The translations under genes and the position numbers were made by a program. A stretch of DNA of 64,000 nt from Takakia lepidozioides (Eukaryota > Plantae > Bryophyta), in contig CM060731.1 in assembly GCA_030704615.1 (NCBI GenBank), positions 15,376,001 through 15,440,000 of the forward strand. Direction: 5' to 3'. Below are positions 37,501-49,498 of the stretch, piece by piece (the stretch's first letter is position 1; each line of letters opens with the position of its first letter). The notes under the pieces are model-generated. The model had not been told where the DNA came from and did not search any database. It was given only the letters and a program-made list of their open reading frames with translations.

Positions 37501-38487
37501 ATTACTCAATGATCAATACTGTTGTGGGCTGTGTTACTGCTATGACAATATAGGTCAGAGTTTGATATCTATTGAATTAAAACTCTTAACCACCTTCAAG
37601 AGGGTTATTAACTCAATGGGACTATGCCCTTAATGTCAAAGGTTATATCCTGGGATCAGTCAATTGTACACATCTCTCCCCCACTTGTACATCTCTCTCT
37701 CATCTAGACGGAAATTTAAACTCAGGGTGGGAATCCTACCTTTGAACAGCAAACAGATGCAGAGAGGAAAGAGGGATTGCAATTGCCCGTTGTGTGGGCA
37801 ACCTGAAGACAATATTCATTCTCCGATTCATTGTCCTGGGTACTCTCATGAGAGAGACACCCTCTTCAAATCCATCAAGGAATTGTGCCTGAACCTCTGT
37901 TTACCAACTTTGAAAGTCTCAAGGCTGAGCCAAAAGTCCAGGCCCTTTTGGAGCCTAGTTATTGGGCAAACCACACACAGCAGATTCATGCTTGTGTGGA
38001 TATCTGGAAAACTCGGATTGATAGTCTGTTCTAAGGTAAGTCGTACTACCGGCATCAGCCCCTGACAAAGGTAGTTTCTGTCCCTTTGTGTTCCGCTCAA
38101 ACTGAGCACGGGTTCAATGGCACAAGGCTATGGCAAACGTCGTCTTATGAGTACAGTTTCTCTCCCTCCACAATATGGCAGAAGCTTTGTGAAATAAATA
38201 CTGTTGATTAATCTACTTATATTCTTCTTTGTCGATGTCTCCTCTTTTTTACTGCAGAATATGATATTGAGAGAATGATAGCGCGAGGCAGATCAGTGCG
38301 GTGTCTGTGGGTATATGCCCCCGAAAATGAAGGATGCACAGCTATGACAGGTATTCTATGGGAGCTCCAACGCAAAGTGCGCGTATTTCATCAGTCCTAT
38401 GAAACTTTCTGGCTGCACAATGAGTCAATCGTTGATCGTAACCTACTCCCTTTTAAGGACTGGAGCCCTCCCTTCCCAGTGCCATAA
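31037..38487 (+). CDS. GT47 exostosin-family glycosyltransferase (At1g21480-like), 9 exons
   Basis: GT-AG exons 31037-31133, 31353-31639, 34076-34222, 34978-35042, 35388-35457, 35651-35878, 36190-36333, 37185-37320 and 38258-38487. Motifs IYVYE, ADFFFVP, SGGRDHIFVFP, KFCLAPRGES and ECVPVILSD..LPF. Confidence 0.93.
32070..33965 (-). mobile_element. 5'-truncated non-LTR retrotransposon (RT plus C-terminal CCHC; RTE/RTEX-like) in GT47 intron 2
   Basis: NYRGITLL, QAGFR, FLDVKKAYD, GVAQGCTLSPLLF, FADD and CPLC..EDSIHFLIHC. One frameshift near 33160. Direct repeat tatagattg at 32069-32077 and 33961-33969. The clade assignment is tentative. Confidence 0.92.
34278..34650 (-). mobile_element. Cluster of LINE 3'-end fragments embedded in (GA)n
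   Basis: Repeated tgtactcata/tgtactcatg tail ends at ~34287, 34318, 34545 and 34583. The last copy is identical to the tail at 32075-32140. Confidence 0.85.
37700..38165 (+). mobile_element. LINE 3' fragment in GT47 intron 8
   Basis: KFKLRVGILPLNSKQMQRGKRDCNCPLCGQPED matches the 32-kb LINE C-terminus and ends in the shared tail. Confidence 0.9.
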
Positions 38488-40170
38488 CCTCGCTGGTGCT
38501 GGACTTAAACCCCTACCTTATTCTCTGAGAGACAGACAGACAGACAGACAGGAAAGGAAGGCTATGCTTACTGTAGCCTTGCAACCACAACCATGGTCCC
38601 AATTTGTATGGAGCAGAGGAATGCGTGAGGGGGAGCAAAACTGGGGAGAGAGTGCACGGAAAGTGCAAGAGATGGATTTCCATGGCTTCCTCATATTAGA
38701 GCCTTCTTCTGCTGCCACTGTCATAAATCCACCTTGCCTCCTACGGTGAGTTAAAGCTGGTGGGTCTACCTGTTGCGTTTGGTTCTGGTTTTCCTGAGAG
38801 AGGAGTTGGGCATGGCGGTGAAAGACATGTTAGAGTGGTCCATTTTCGCCATTTTCTCGGGATAGTATTCATTGCAGAGGTCTCATTGAGTGTGGACCAC
38901 GACATTGTGCTGTTTCATGAGACGTGGAGGTACCGATCTAATCAATGGACAATCCATGTTTCTGGCTTAAAAGGAACTTCTCCCCGAACAAACCCAGTCA
39001 CCGTGCCATCAGCTTTTTTGAGACTGCATTGAATGAATTGTTTCATGAGCCTTAGTGTGCACAGCTGCTCCATCATGTTATGCAGTTCACAAAATTAAAT
39101 CTGGAAATTGTTGAGACAGTTAGCTGCGTATGAGACACTGTTTTGAGATTCTCGGTGGCAGAGTTTGTTCTTCTCAATGAGACGAATCCAGTAGACTTCC
39201 CTTGCCCTATTCTTCTTGGGTAATGTGTTAGAAAGAGAAATGCACCATGTCCTCAACAGGCCCGGAGTTCAGGGTTCAGAGATTGGGAGGATAGAGAGAA
39301 AACATGGGTTTAAGAATGTGAACCAATAGATTGTGGCAGACCTAGTTGAGGGCTTGTTCTCCAGGCTTCTGCCGTTGGCGCAATGAGAGGCCACAGGGTG
39401 AGAGCATTTGCAGAATTTTGAGGTTTTGTACAGCAGTTTTAAATGGAATTTATTCCTGACGAACACTTATTTCAACTGATGTGCTTTTGTTATTACATTG
39501 GCGGTCTCAAATGAATCATGACACCAAATCAATATCAATGGTTATCAAGTCCTTGATGGTTTTGACTAGGTTATGTGTGCTGATGGTGCTTCATCTCCCT
39601 TCGTCTGACACTTGGAGAAAAGAGGGCAATCTACTCTGTGAGGAATTGGAGGAAAGGGCCAACAAGATCCAGGGGCAGGGACATGTACTTCCACCTCTTC
39701 CAATGAAGCAGAACAGGATACATACAACTACTGACACACCAAATCCCCATAATTCCTGGACATAGCTGAGCTGTTCTGGTACTGGCTTCTGCTGTCATTC
39801 ACTTGTTTGATTCAATCAATCGCTCCTTCAACCATCCAGATGTCATCAATACCTCTGGGCATATGGTAAGCGAATAAGCTTGTGGACAGTGGAGCTATAC
39901 CACATCCACTGATAAGCTCCAGTGTCCACAGACAGTTTGATATACACATTTGTACATATTTATGTGCTGTGCTGTAGTAAACAAAAGTGATATGGTTTCG
40001 AATATCCAACAAAGCCATAATCTGTGAGACCAGACCGAGACACTGTGTGACAGACGGAGGAGCAAGACCATTATTGCAGATGCAGGAATGTTTGCAGTAA
40101 GTGCACGAGAGTGACAGTGTGAAGGGATGGAGCTGCAGCCTGCAAGGAACGACAGAAGAGTATCAGAGTA

Positions 40171-41001
40171 CCGTACTTACCTAGCTTATTAGGCAATAAT
40201 TAATTCAAAATCAGGTGCCTAACTATATTTAGAACATTTTTGGAAAATGTGCCTAAAACCTGGAAAAACTCCTGAGAAGTGCCTAATTGCTCAAAAATTG
40301 CGAAAAATTCCAAAATGTCCAAACATGTGGAAAAAATGCCTAAATTATTTTATTTAAAGTTCAAAAAAATGGAAAAAATGCCTACAATTTAGATTTTCAT
40401 GTCCATACAACTTCCAAAGGGCTCTGCAACATCTTCATAAGTCTCATCACCTACCTCATGTGAATCTTCTGATTCGAAGAGAAGGTTAAGGTTAGGAACA
40501 TAAGGATCCTCGATATGCATGTTTGCAAGACATCAGCTAATGCTCTCAATGACACTTCCATCAAGGTAGACATCGGGAACATCCTCCATGGCAAGATCTC
40601 CTTCCACTTGGGTGTTTGGGTTTGAAAACAAAGAAAATGTAAAATTGGCTCTCATTGCCTCACCTTGAAAGGCATCTTCAAATGCTCGTAAAATTCCACA
40701 AAGTCTCCAACTTGACAAAATCATCTCCAGTTGGCACTTCACCTCCAGTTGGCATTTCACCTCCACCCAAGACTCATACAACCAACATTATGTGTTTTTA
40801 AAATAAAATAACCTCAACCATAGTTTTTGAGGGAGGTCAAAAACAATTGTTCATCATTATCCAGGCTCGACTGAAATACATGCCTAATATTTGAAAATTA
40901 CCTAGTTGAGGTGCCTAATAATAAAAACGAATCTGCCTAATAATATTCCATTTTTATTAATTATTAGGCGCGGAAGTGCCTAATAAGCTAGGTAAGTAGG
41001 G
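40171..41001. mobile_element. Tc1/mariner-pogo-type MITE (831 bp)
   Basis: TA on both sides. 25-bp TIR ccgtacttacctagcttattaggca / tgcctaataagctaggtaagtaggg (24/25). Internal tgcctaa repeats. Confidence 0.9.
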
Positions 41002-43810
41002 TAGGTACGAAAGACTGCATGATGTTGGGAATGGGAAGTTCCATGTATGGAAGCCTGAAGGTAACATGTAGGCATCTGCGAGCAGAAAAGACAAGGACAG
41101 GAAGTACTCACTCTGTACCTTGGTGTACAAAAGCCTGAGACTTCTATCAATGTGTCTATCTTCGTACCTCCAATGCAGTTTCGCTCAAAGCTTATGCTTG
41201 CCACTGGTTTTCGTTCTTTTTCCAACCAAATTGTCCTATCTTTTTTCCTGTGTAAGAAGTGATAGCAGCACGAGCACCAGGCTGGCAATAGGGAGCCTGC
41301 AATTATCCTTCAACTCATGAGCCGTGTCCATCAAGTTTGGTCAGATAGAAGTTCCAATCAGGAGTGGAACACGTACCCTTGTTGATAAGAGGCAAGATCT
41401 ATGCAGAAACGACTCCAGGCAAAATCTGCCCACCATAGCTATGATTCCTGGACCAGAAGAAGTAGCAATAGTGGATCTATAAATGGAATGTATCCGAGAT
41501 TCCCTTTGAGAGATGGACATCTTCTACGGAATTTTCTCGCCCAATTCCAGCTTTAGAGAGTTGGAAGACGTTGGGGCCTTGTTGGGTTTTCCTTGGCTTA
41601 AAAGAATATGTGCCTACACTATGAGATTCGTGGGTGAATGTCATCTTGAGCACCTCCCAGGCCCTCCCATGCCATGATGGCTGCAAAGGAACACCAAGTG
41701 AGCCTTATCGGTGGACCTACCTACCCCTGATAATGCAAACTAAAGGGAGGTTGGCCCTGTCGGTCTGCACTAAAAGCTGAACACTCAGTAGCAGGTACTC
41801 AGGCACCCCCTTCGATGCAACGAGGTACCTAGTCTTACCTCCAGCTTTTGGATTTTTCGACTAGGCTAAGCTAAATCAGAGCGAGTTTTCTATCCAAGAT
41901 CCTTTGCATCATTGAGTTCTCAACACAAACAAGCTACCGAGAAACCTCTCTGTGCGCCTGGAAAAGCTAATCTGAGATTTAGAGTATGGAGTTAGCTAAC
42001 TAGACTAGGAATAATGAATTAGCATCCCATGAGCAAAATTCTGGGAGTTGACTTGGAATCATATACCAACAATTAGCTTGAAACACGGTGGAGGTGGTGA
42101 AGTAGAGCCTGGATTGTCGCCCCGCCATACCTACGCCGCGGCCCACCCACCTTTTCTGCTAAACTTTGCTCATTAGTCGGAAGTTTACCCGGCCCGTCCT
42201 TGGCCATGTTTAGGAAGACTCTTATCAAATCCCCCTTCGGTGGTGGTGACGACGACAATGACATGTACACAGTGTGTGGGGCCCTGGATTCTAGCCTACC
42301 TCCAGATTCCCATGCTTTAAATAATGCTTCTAAACTGTATTGGGATGCACCAACTCTTGTCACTCAGCTTGCTGATTTCTTCTCCTGGGTGGCCTAGTGA
42401 TTGTTGACTAGAAGTCTCGCTAGAACTGATAAGTTTCAGGGCCCATTAAGCTTTTGCATGGGGGACCCACCAACCTGGCCTGCCCGAATGGCAACTGGCC
42501 TTGCAATCAGTCGAGAATGCACATGCTGGGTTTCAAAGTGGAACCGTTCTAATTGGGTAAGTTTATGATACCCTTAAAGTAGGGCAAATCACAGATACCA
42601 CGTCTCAGTCACACTTGTAGGCTATAGATTCTGTTTTTCTTTCCTAACAAGCTCAGCATTAGACATGGATACAAGTTGGTCAACGTTGTCTGACAATATC
42701 GATCTGCTTCTCTCAGATAACCAGAGAATTTGGTCGTTCCCAGCTGAAGACCCACCAAGTATCATCTGATACTTGATTTGCTATCACAACAGCGAACTTA
42801 TGCATGGAAAGATGCGGAGAAGTTTAAGTGGGGACGAGGTGGGGACACTAAAACTGGGTGATGTTGATTCGGCAACAACTTTGGGGTTGGCGTTGTTATT
42901 AGCCATCAGTCTTCTGATCTGTCCAACAATGCATACCCAACGAATAACACAGCAAAGGGCCCCCTTTGCCGTTGCAGACCCACAAGCGAGGAAGAGAGAC
43001 AGGTGGCGGTGATGGGGCAGTCAGTTAGGTGGTCGTCTAGGCAGCGGCGGTCCAGAAACAGAGTAATTTAAGCACAGACAGAGAGGGTCAAGAGGCTCGA
43101 AGGGAGGGAGAAACTTTTGCGATTACGGGTCAACACACACATTACAATATCTCAGATAACCCACCTGGCCCTGGGTGGGCGGGGGGCATGCTTTTTGCGC
43201 TGAGCTGAGGACCAGAGAGAAGGGATATGGCGGTGTGTGAGCCGTCGGCGTTCTCGCTGTGAAATCTTTGGAAGGAAAGCTATGTTTCAATGAAGGTCTC
43301 TACTTCCTTCCTTCTTGGTCCCGTCTTGGTTCAAGATTGGCGGTCTGCACTCTCAGTGTTCTTGATTGTGATTACATGCCTGCATTGAAGTCCGAATAGA
43401 GTCGGTCCAATTTCGACCTTCTCCAGATGATCGGTTCCGTATAACTGCCGAGCGTTCTTGGAAGAGTGCTTATCTGTATCGATCGGTGCCAAGTTCTTGA
43501 TAGAGGGATGAGCAAGGGGATCAAAGGGTTACAAGCAGGGAAGGACGGAGTTTCATCTCCCAAAGATTCGTCCGGTAGATTGGAATGATGACGCGATTCT
43601 CTACCTCGAATCCAACCAAACTGTCTCAATTACGACGTGTCACAGTCTCATCTACAGTACATCGTCCCGAGAGCGGTTTTTTCCGGGGATTTCTCGAGCA
43701 TACATAGAGTATGGACGTCGTTGAAGTAGTCATGACATGAGTTAGTCTGCAAGAGGATGCTCTTTTACCCCGCATGATTGAGGACCAGCTCGGAGGTGGC
43801 CGGAGCTGAA

Positions 43811-46762
43811 ATGGGGCTAAAACTTGCACAGAAGAAGCTGGATCCGAAGGGTAGTACTAGTGGCAGGCTCAAATTGGCATCGCAACTGTGTCGGACCTCA
43901 CTGATTTCAACCTTGAGTATTGTAATTCTAGTGCTGTGCTTGGTGTATTTCGACTTCTGGGTGTACATCAACCCCGCCAAGACCATTCTAGTGCGAAGGC
44001 TTGCCTCGAACCAAGCTCTTCCGGAGCTCAATGTGAATGCAGTGCAGGCAAGGCCAGAACTTTTGAAGCCATATTTTGTGAAGGTAGAATTGACTCACGA
44101 GCATGAGGGTTCTAACGTGCCCAAACTGACCGTGGAGATTATTGATCCCAAGGCTTCTCCCCAGGAGCACCCAGGACAGGAACTGTTTATGGATCGTGCC
44201 GACTCCCAACAGAACATTGATGTCATTCAGACTGAGACCCAAGTTTTCAGTAGCAACATTCAGGACGTTGCTGAGACAGAGTTGGTAGAAAAAAAGCGTG
44301 AATCAAACTTTGTTGCAACGCCCAGCTATGTAGGTAACGAATTAGACACTTCATCAAGCTTAGACAATCTCTCGAGCCCTGCCAAGAGACCTTTAGATCA
44401 GATCCAGAACAGAGCAGATCAGCTGAGTCAAAAGCCTGGGCCTTCAAGGAAAGACCGAGCAGGACGAAGGACTAGCAAACGGCAGACTGTTCTCGATGGA
44501 TCTAAGTCTTCGGACTGCAACATCTTTGAGGGGACGTGGGTGTATGATGAAAACTATCCCCTTTACAGATCCATCTCATGCGCTTTCGCTGATCCCGGCT
44601 TCCGCTGTGAAGAAAATGGGCGGCCCGACACTGATTTTGTGAAATATCGATGGCAGCCTCATGACTGCGACTTTCCCAGGTCTGTTCTGCCCGTGCATCT
44701 TTCCAGTTCTTTAGCAGGCCTTATTTTTTTTAAGGCAGTCTAAGTGACAGAGCCTGCACATGCATGTACCGGTCGGACACTTCTGTTACTGTGAATTGAA
44801 TATGCAGCGTTCCTCCAGGGTCCAGGGTTGCACTTAAAGGTCTGGTTGAGTGATTGCTGGTAGCATGGGACTTCCATGATACATGTGGAAGCTTTGAGCT
44901 ACCAACAACATCCAAACACCTGCTGGTTCACGAGATGTTGGTGCGCAAACATTTTCCCCGCAAGAGCAAAACGTGCTTAAGTCTTTGTTTTAGAACTCGG
45001 GGGTCACAGTCTCTCTCAAGCTTCTAAACAAATTCACTATGTACTTGTAATCCCTACAGTAGTAACGAATGACCAGGTGCTAGTGGTCAACTGCAATACT
45101 TCAGTTTTCATGCTCGTCCCGGCTTCATAAGGTCCGTGCATGATTAAATTTATTGAACGTAAACCATGATCTGCCTCAGGAACTTGACGAGTTATATATC
45201 ATGGCAGATTTGATGCAAGGGATATGCTGGAGAGACTGCGGGGTTCTCGCCTGGTCTATGTTGGCGATTCCATAGGGCGCAACCAGTGGGAGTCAATGCT
45301 GTGTATGCTATCTGAAGCAGTCTCTAATAAGAGCAGTATCTATGAGGTGAATGGAGAACCCATCACCAAACACACGGGTTTCTTGTCCTTTCGGTTTGCA
45401 GAATTTAACTGCACCGTCGAGTACTACCGCTCTCCATTCCTCATCCCTCAAGGGAGTCCTCCTCCTAACTCCCCAGTGAACGTCAGCTGTGGACTGAAGG
45501 TCGACACCATGGATTGGGCATCGCCAGCATGGAAGGATGCCGACATTTTAGTCTTCAATGCTGGGCACTGGTGGACTGCAGAGAAGACGACTAAATTGTA
45601 AGCTCTCCTTTCTCATCTTCAAACTGTCACGGGGTCCCGCCATGGAAGCTTGCCATGCTCTTCGGTGACATTGCATTTCCAGGACTGCGTTTGTGCATGT
45701 GTCAGTCCCTCTCCGCTCTTGCTGCAGTAGATCTCTTTGGGCTGCACAAGCAAGCAAGGACTAGGGTCTTGATAAAGCTTCAGCTCTTTGCATGAGCAAG
45801 TTTTTGAGGGCATTACGGGTGTTTACGTGGCAGGGGTTGTTATTTTGAAGAGGGACACGCGATAGACATGGATTTGGACCTTGAGAATGCTTTTGCAAAA
45901 GCATTGCGTACGTGGGGGAGATGGGTGGAAGATAACGTCGACCAAAACAAAACAAGTGTCTTCTTTCGCAGCTACTCTCCAGCTCACTTCGTGTATGTAT
46001 CTTCAGGTTCCTAGCAATGGAAACGACATATTTAATATGTACATGAGATTTAGGAAAAACCGAAGTACCTGTCTAGACAATGTCTGTGGGTCATGAGCGA
46101 CCAGGTGCTACCCTGAAATTTTGGCCTTTTGTTCTATACAAAAGAGCGCTCTGGACATCTTTGCATTCAAGACTGGGGTGCTACAGTGTTCAATTAATTG
46201 ACCTCGGTCTGCACAAGTCAAACAATTTGTAACCTTGTGAATTTGTTGCATGTACAATTTGACAACGAGTATTTTTGAATCAGAACATGCATCAAGTAGG
46301 AGCTCAGGTGCATATTTGCACCTGGGTCGACCTCTATCCTGATCTGATTGCGAAAAGATATTGAAACTGAGCGTTGTTGTGGGATTTTGCACGCGCAGGG
46401 GAGGCACTTGGAAGACAGGCGGCCATTGCGACAAAGAAACTGGACCCCTCTCTAGAGAAGAAGCTGCCGTAATTGTGGAGCGGCCATGGACCAACGACAT
46501 CATCAGCAAAGAGATTAGGCAAAATATGAAGAAGAACGATGCAGTCACATATCTTGATATCACACCATCCACGAACACTCGCGCAGATGGGCATGCCTCC
46601 TTGTACTGGGCAGACAACAATATACAGAAAGTTCCCTCCCATAAACAGGACTGCAGCCATTGGTGCCTCCCAGGAGTACCGGACACATGGAATGAGCTTC
46701 TGTTCGCATCTTTGCGTAGTAGAGGTCAAGGTGTTTGGGGGGAGCCCGTCAGGTACAACTAG
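43811..46762 (+). CDS. TRICHOME BIREFRINGENCE-LIKE polysaccharide O-acetyltransferase, 4 exons
   Basis: Exons 43811-44679, 45208-45597, 45834-45992 and 46399-46762. N-terminal TM segment, [28 protein letters not shown] and [12 protein letters not shown]. Confidence 0.95.
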
Positions 46763-47799
46763 TGATTCTCCACCACCACATGTACTTAATACTTGCAGCA
46801 CTAGGTCAAATTGATAGCTAGGTTTTTATATAGTTGAGTCCGTTGTACGCAGATCAGTGTCAACAGATAGATACAGAATAACTGGAGATCTTTCGCCCTC
46901 CGCAGCCATTAGGTCGGATTGGGGAGGAGGTTGATTGTCCTCAACAAACCCATATCTGGGTGCATAGTGAAGATCTTGAACAATAAACTGTCTATTTGCC
47001 TGAGCTGCGAATCTCTCTAGGAGGTGTGGCACAGTGTGAGGGAGAAAGAAAGAAAGAAAGAAAGAGAAAACCTGATGCAACGACAGGTCGTCAGCATCGT
47101 GAGCATTCGTGAGGCACTGGCAAGGACGTCAGGGCGAGGAGTGCTCTTAGCTGTCGTTTGTCGCCATAGCTGAATCCCTCAGTTCTTGCTGTCAGGACTA
47201 ACTCTTAGGGTAAGTCACGTCATCATTGCCACGGTCATCACTGCCGTGTCATCTAAGCCACATCTAAGCCTTAGGAGAGATTTATTAGTGGCAAGATCTG
47301 TTTTGTTTCTGTATATATGATTCTGATTACTGAAGATATGCGTATCCGGATTTGAACCCACGTCCACAATCCCAGCCGACCAACCGACTGTAGCCAGTCG
47401 GATGGATGTAAACTCCAAAAAGTTTTTGATTTTTTTTCGTTGGCGGCCCTGCCTTCCTAAGGGCAGGATTACGCAAAAGGGTTTAAGTGATAGTTTTTGC
47501 TGCTGGAGGGTCCCAGCGATTTTTCAAGGCTGCATTGTAGTGATTTGGAGGTGACTGCTGAGGTGAGAAGGCCATAACTTGTTGTGGATGTGAGAAAGAC
47601 AAGAGCTCCAGTTTGTACATTTCATTAGTTATTACCATTGTTATATTATAATATATTTACACTATCGTAATATCTTATTAAATTGAAATGTGCTCACCAC
47701 AAAACCAAAAGGGTTGAATTTTTTAGGGTTCCAAAAACTGACAACAAAAGAAAGAAAGAAAGAAATATTAGAGCAGATTTGAAGACAAGGATTTTAAAA

Positions 47800-48255
47800 A
47801 TTCAGTTTTTTTCTTCTTCTTTCGGGCAGCTTAGAAAAATACGACAATGACGTGGCTTAGTTGACATGGAAATGATGACGTGGCTCATGATGATGTGGTA
47901 ATAATGACACGTCACTATGACACCCTATTCTTGATCTAGTCTCCGACCTTCATTCGTCACGAGAATATATATATTTTCAAAATTCAGTTTTTTTCTTCTT
48001 CTTTCGGGCAGCTTAAAAATATACGACAATGACGTGGCTTAGATGATATGGCAATGATGACGTGTCTGATGATGATGTGGTAATAATGACATGTCACTAT
48101 GACACCGTATTCTACACTAAAACTAGTCTCCGACCTTCATTCGTCACTAGAATATTTATATACTACGCATGACAATGACGTGGCAATGACACGTCACTGT
48201 GGGACCCTATTCTTGCTCTATCACTAGAACTAGTCGACCTCGAATCCTCACTAGA
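47800..48255. repeat. ~180-bp tandem repeat (2.5 copies) rich in gacgtggc, each copy ending ctagtctccgaccttcattcgtcac(t/g)ag
   Basis: Copies at ~47800-47965 and 47980-48150, plus a partial copy at 48165-48255. Confidence 0.8.
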
Positions 48256-49498
48256 ATTATATAGAGAGGAGTAAATAACCTCTTTCAAGGTAATCTTACC
48301 TTGAGGTCTCGAGCAAAAGGCTCATGGGACACTGCCCAAAGAACTCAGAAGGGGGGGGAAAAATCATACAAGATCATACTAGTATTATGTGGGTAAATCA
48401 TTCATCCAGATTCATCTGACAGATAAATCAGGATAAAGGTAAATAATTTATCCGGATGTATTATTTCTATCTGCCCTTATTTTTACGGGAAAATATTTTG
48501 ATTTATCTTACCCTTATCCATATGAGGGATGAATCATTTTAAATCCACAAATAAATATATATTAATGGAGGATAAACTTAAAATAAATAAATATGGACTG
48601 ATCGATATGCGCGGATGATGTTATTATAAACACAATATTGATAACGAACATGAGGGATATTTGTGAGATCAACCCGGTTATATAGTAATATTTATCTACT
48701 GATTAATTATCTATTAAAGCATCCTGTGCGGAGATTATATACATATATCTATATACTTATATATAACCTTAATGATAACTAGAGGTTCTTATCATGGTTA
48801 TCATAAAATCAGATACTGATAACCGTTGTGCATAACCCCGGTTTATCATCTAGGAAGAACCTGACTTATTGCTAGCCGGCAAAGGGGTGAAAAGGTTATT
48901 AAATATTGTAAAATTTCAAATACCCAAAACATGAACATACTTCCATATAACCTGCACCTTGGTAGGAGGAAAACCAACACTGGAATTCTCCTCTCGCAGT
49001 AAAGTAAAAAGCGGCACAAGAGGATTTTACTATATTCAGGAAATCTATCATTTGTATATGTAAAATTAAACTGAATTACGGATAACTGATCAGTCTCTCT
49101 CTCTCTCTCTCTCTCTCTCCAGCCGTCTAGGTTGAGATTCATCTGTTGAATATTTCAGATAAAATCTAGAGTTATAAGCTTGAATTTCTTCTACAGTCAG
49201 GACACTCAAGTTGCTGTGCAGGATAGATCAGTGAAGAGTATTTAAACGCCTCTCCATCTCTTTGTAGACCACTCTGATCGCCAGAAACAGTGTCCGAACT
49301 AGCAGCACATCTTGTTGTGTATGCCACACTCAACCTCACTCAGCTTGAGTACAAGGGAGGGACAAACCGTTCAGGGCAGGAGAAGTTGAACATGCAGCAT
49401 TTACATTGTGCCGGGGATTTCCAGTGTTTATAAATGTAGAATATAGGGATTACATGCTGAAATAATTTGTATCAATTGATACTTTAAGCTAAGGTGCC

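Noticed and set aside
39700-43000. Possible minus-strand gene between GT47 and TBL
   Set aside because: Short ORFs without recognisable domains or a consistent exon chain.
47340-47400. tRNA-like B-box on the minus strand
   Set aside because: No cloverleaf and only a poor A-box.
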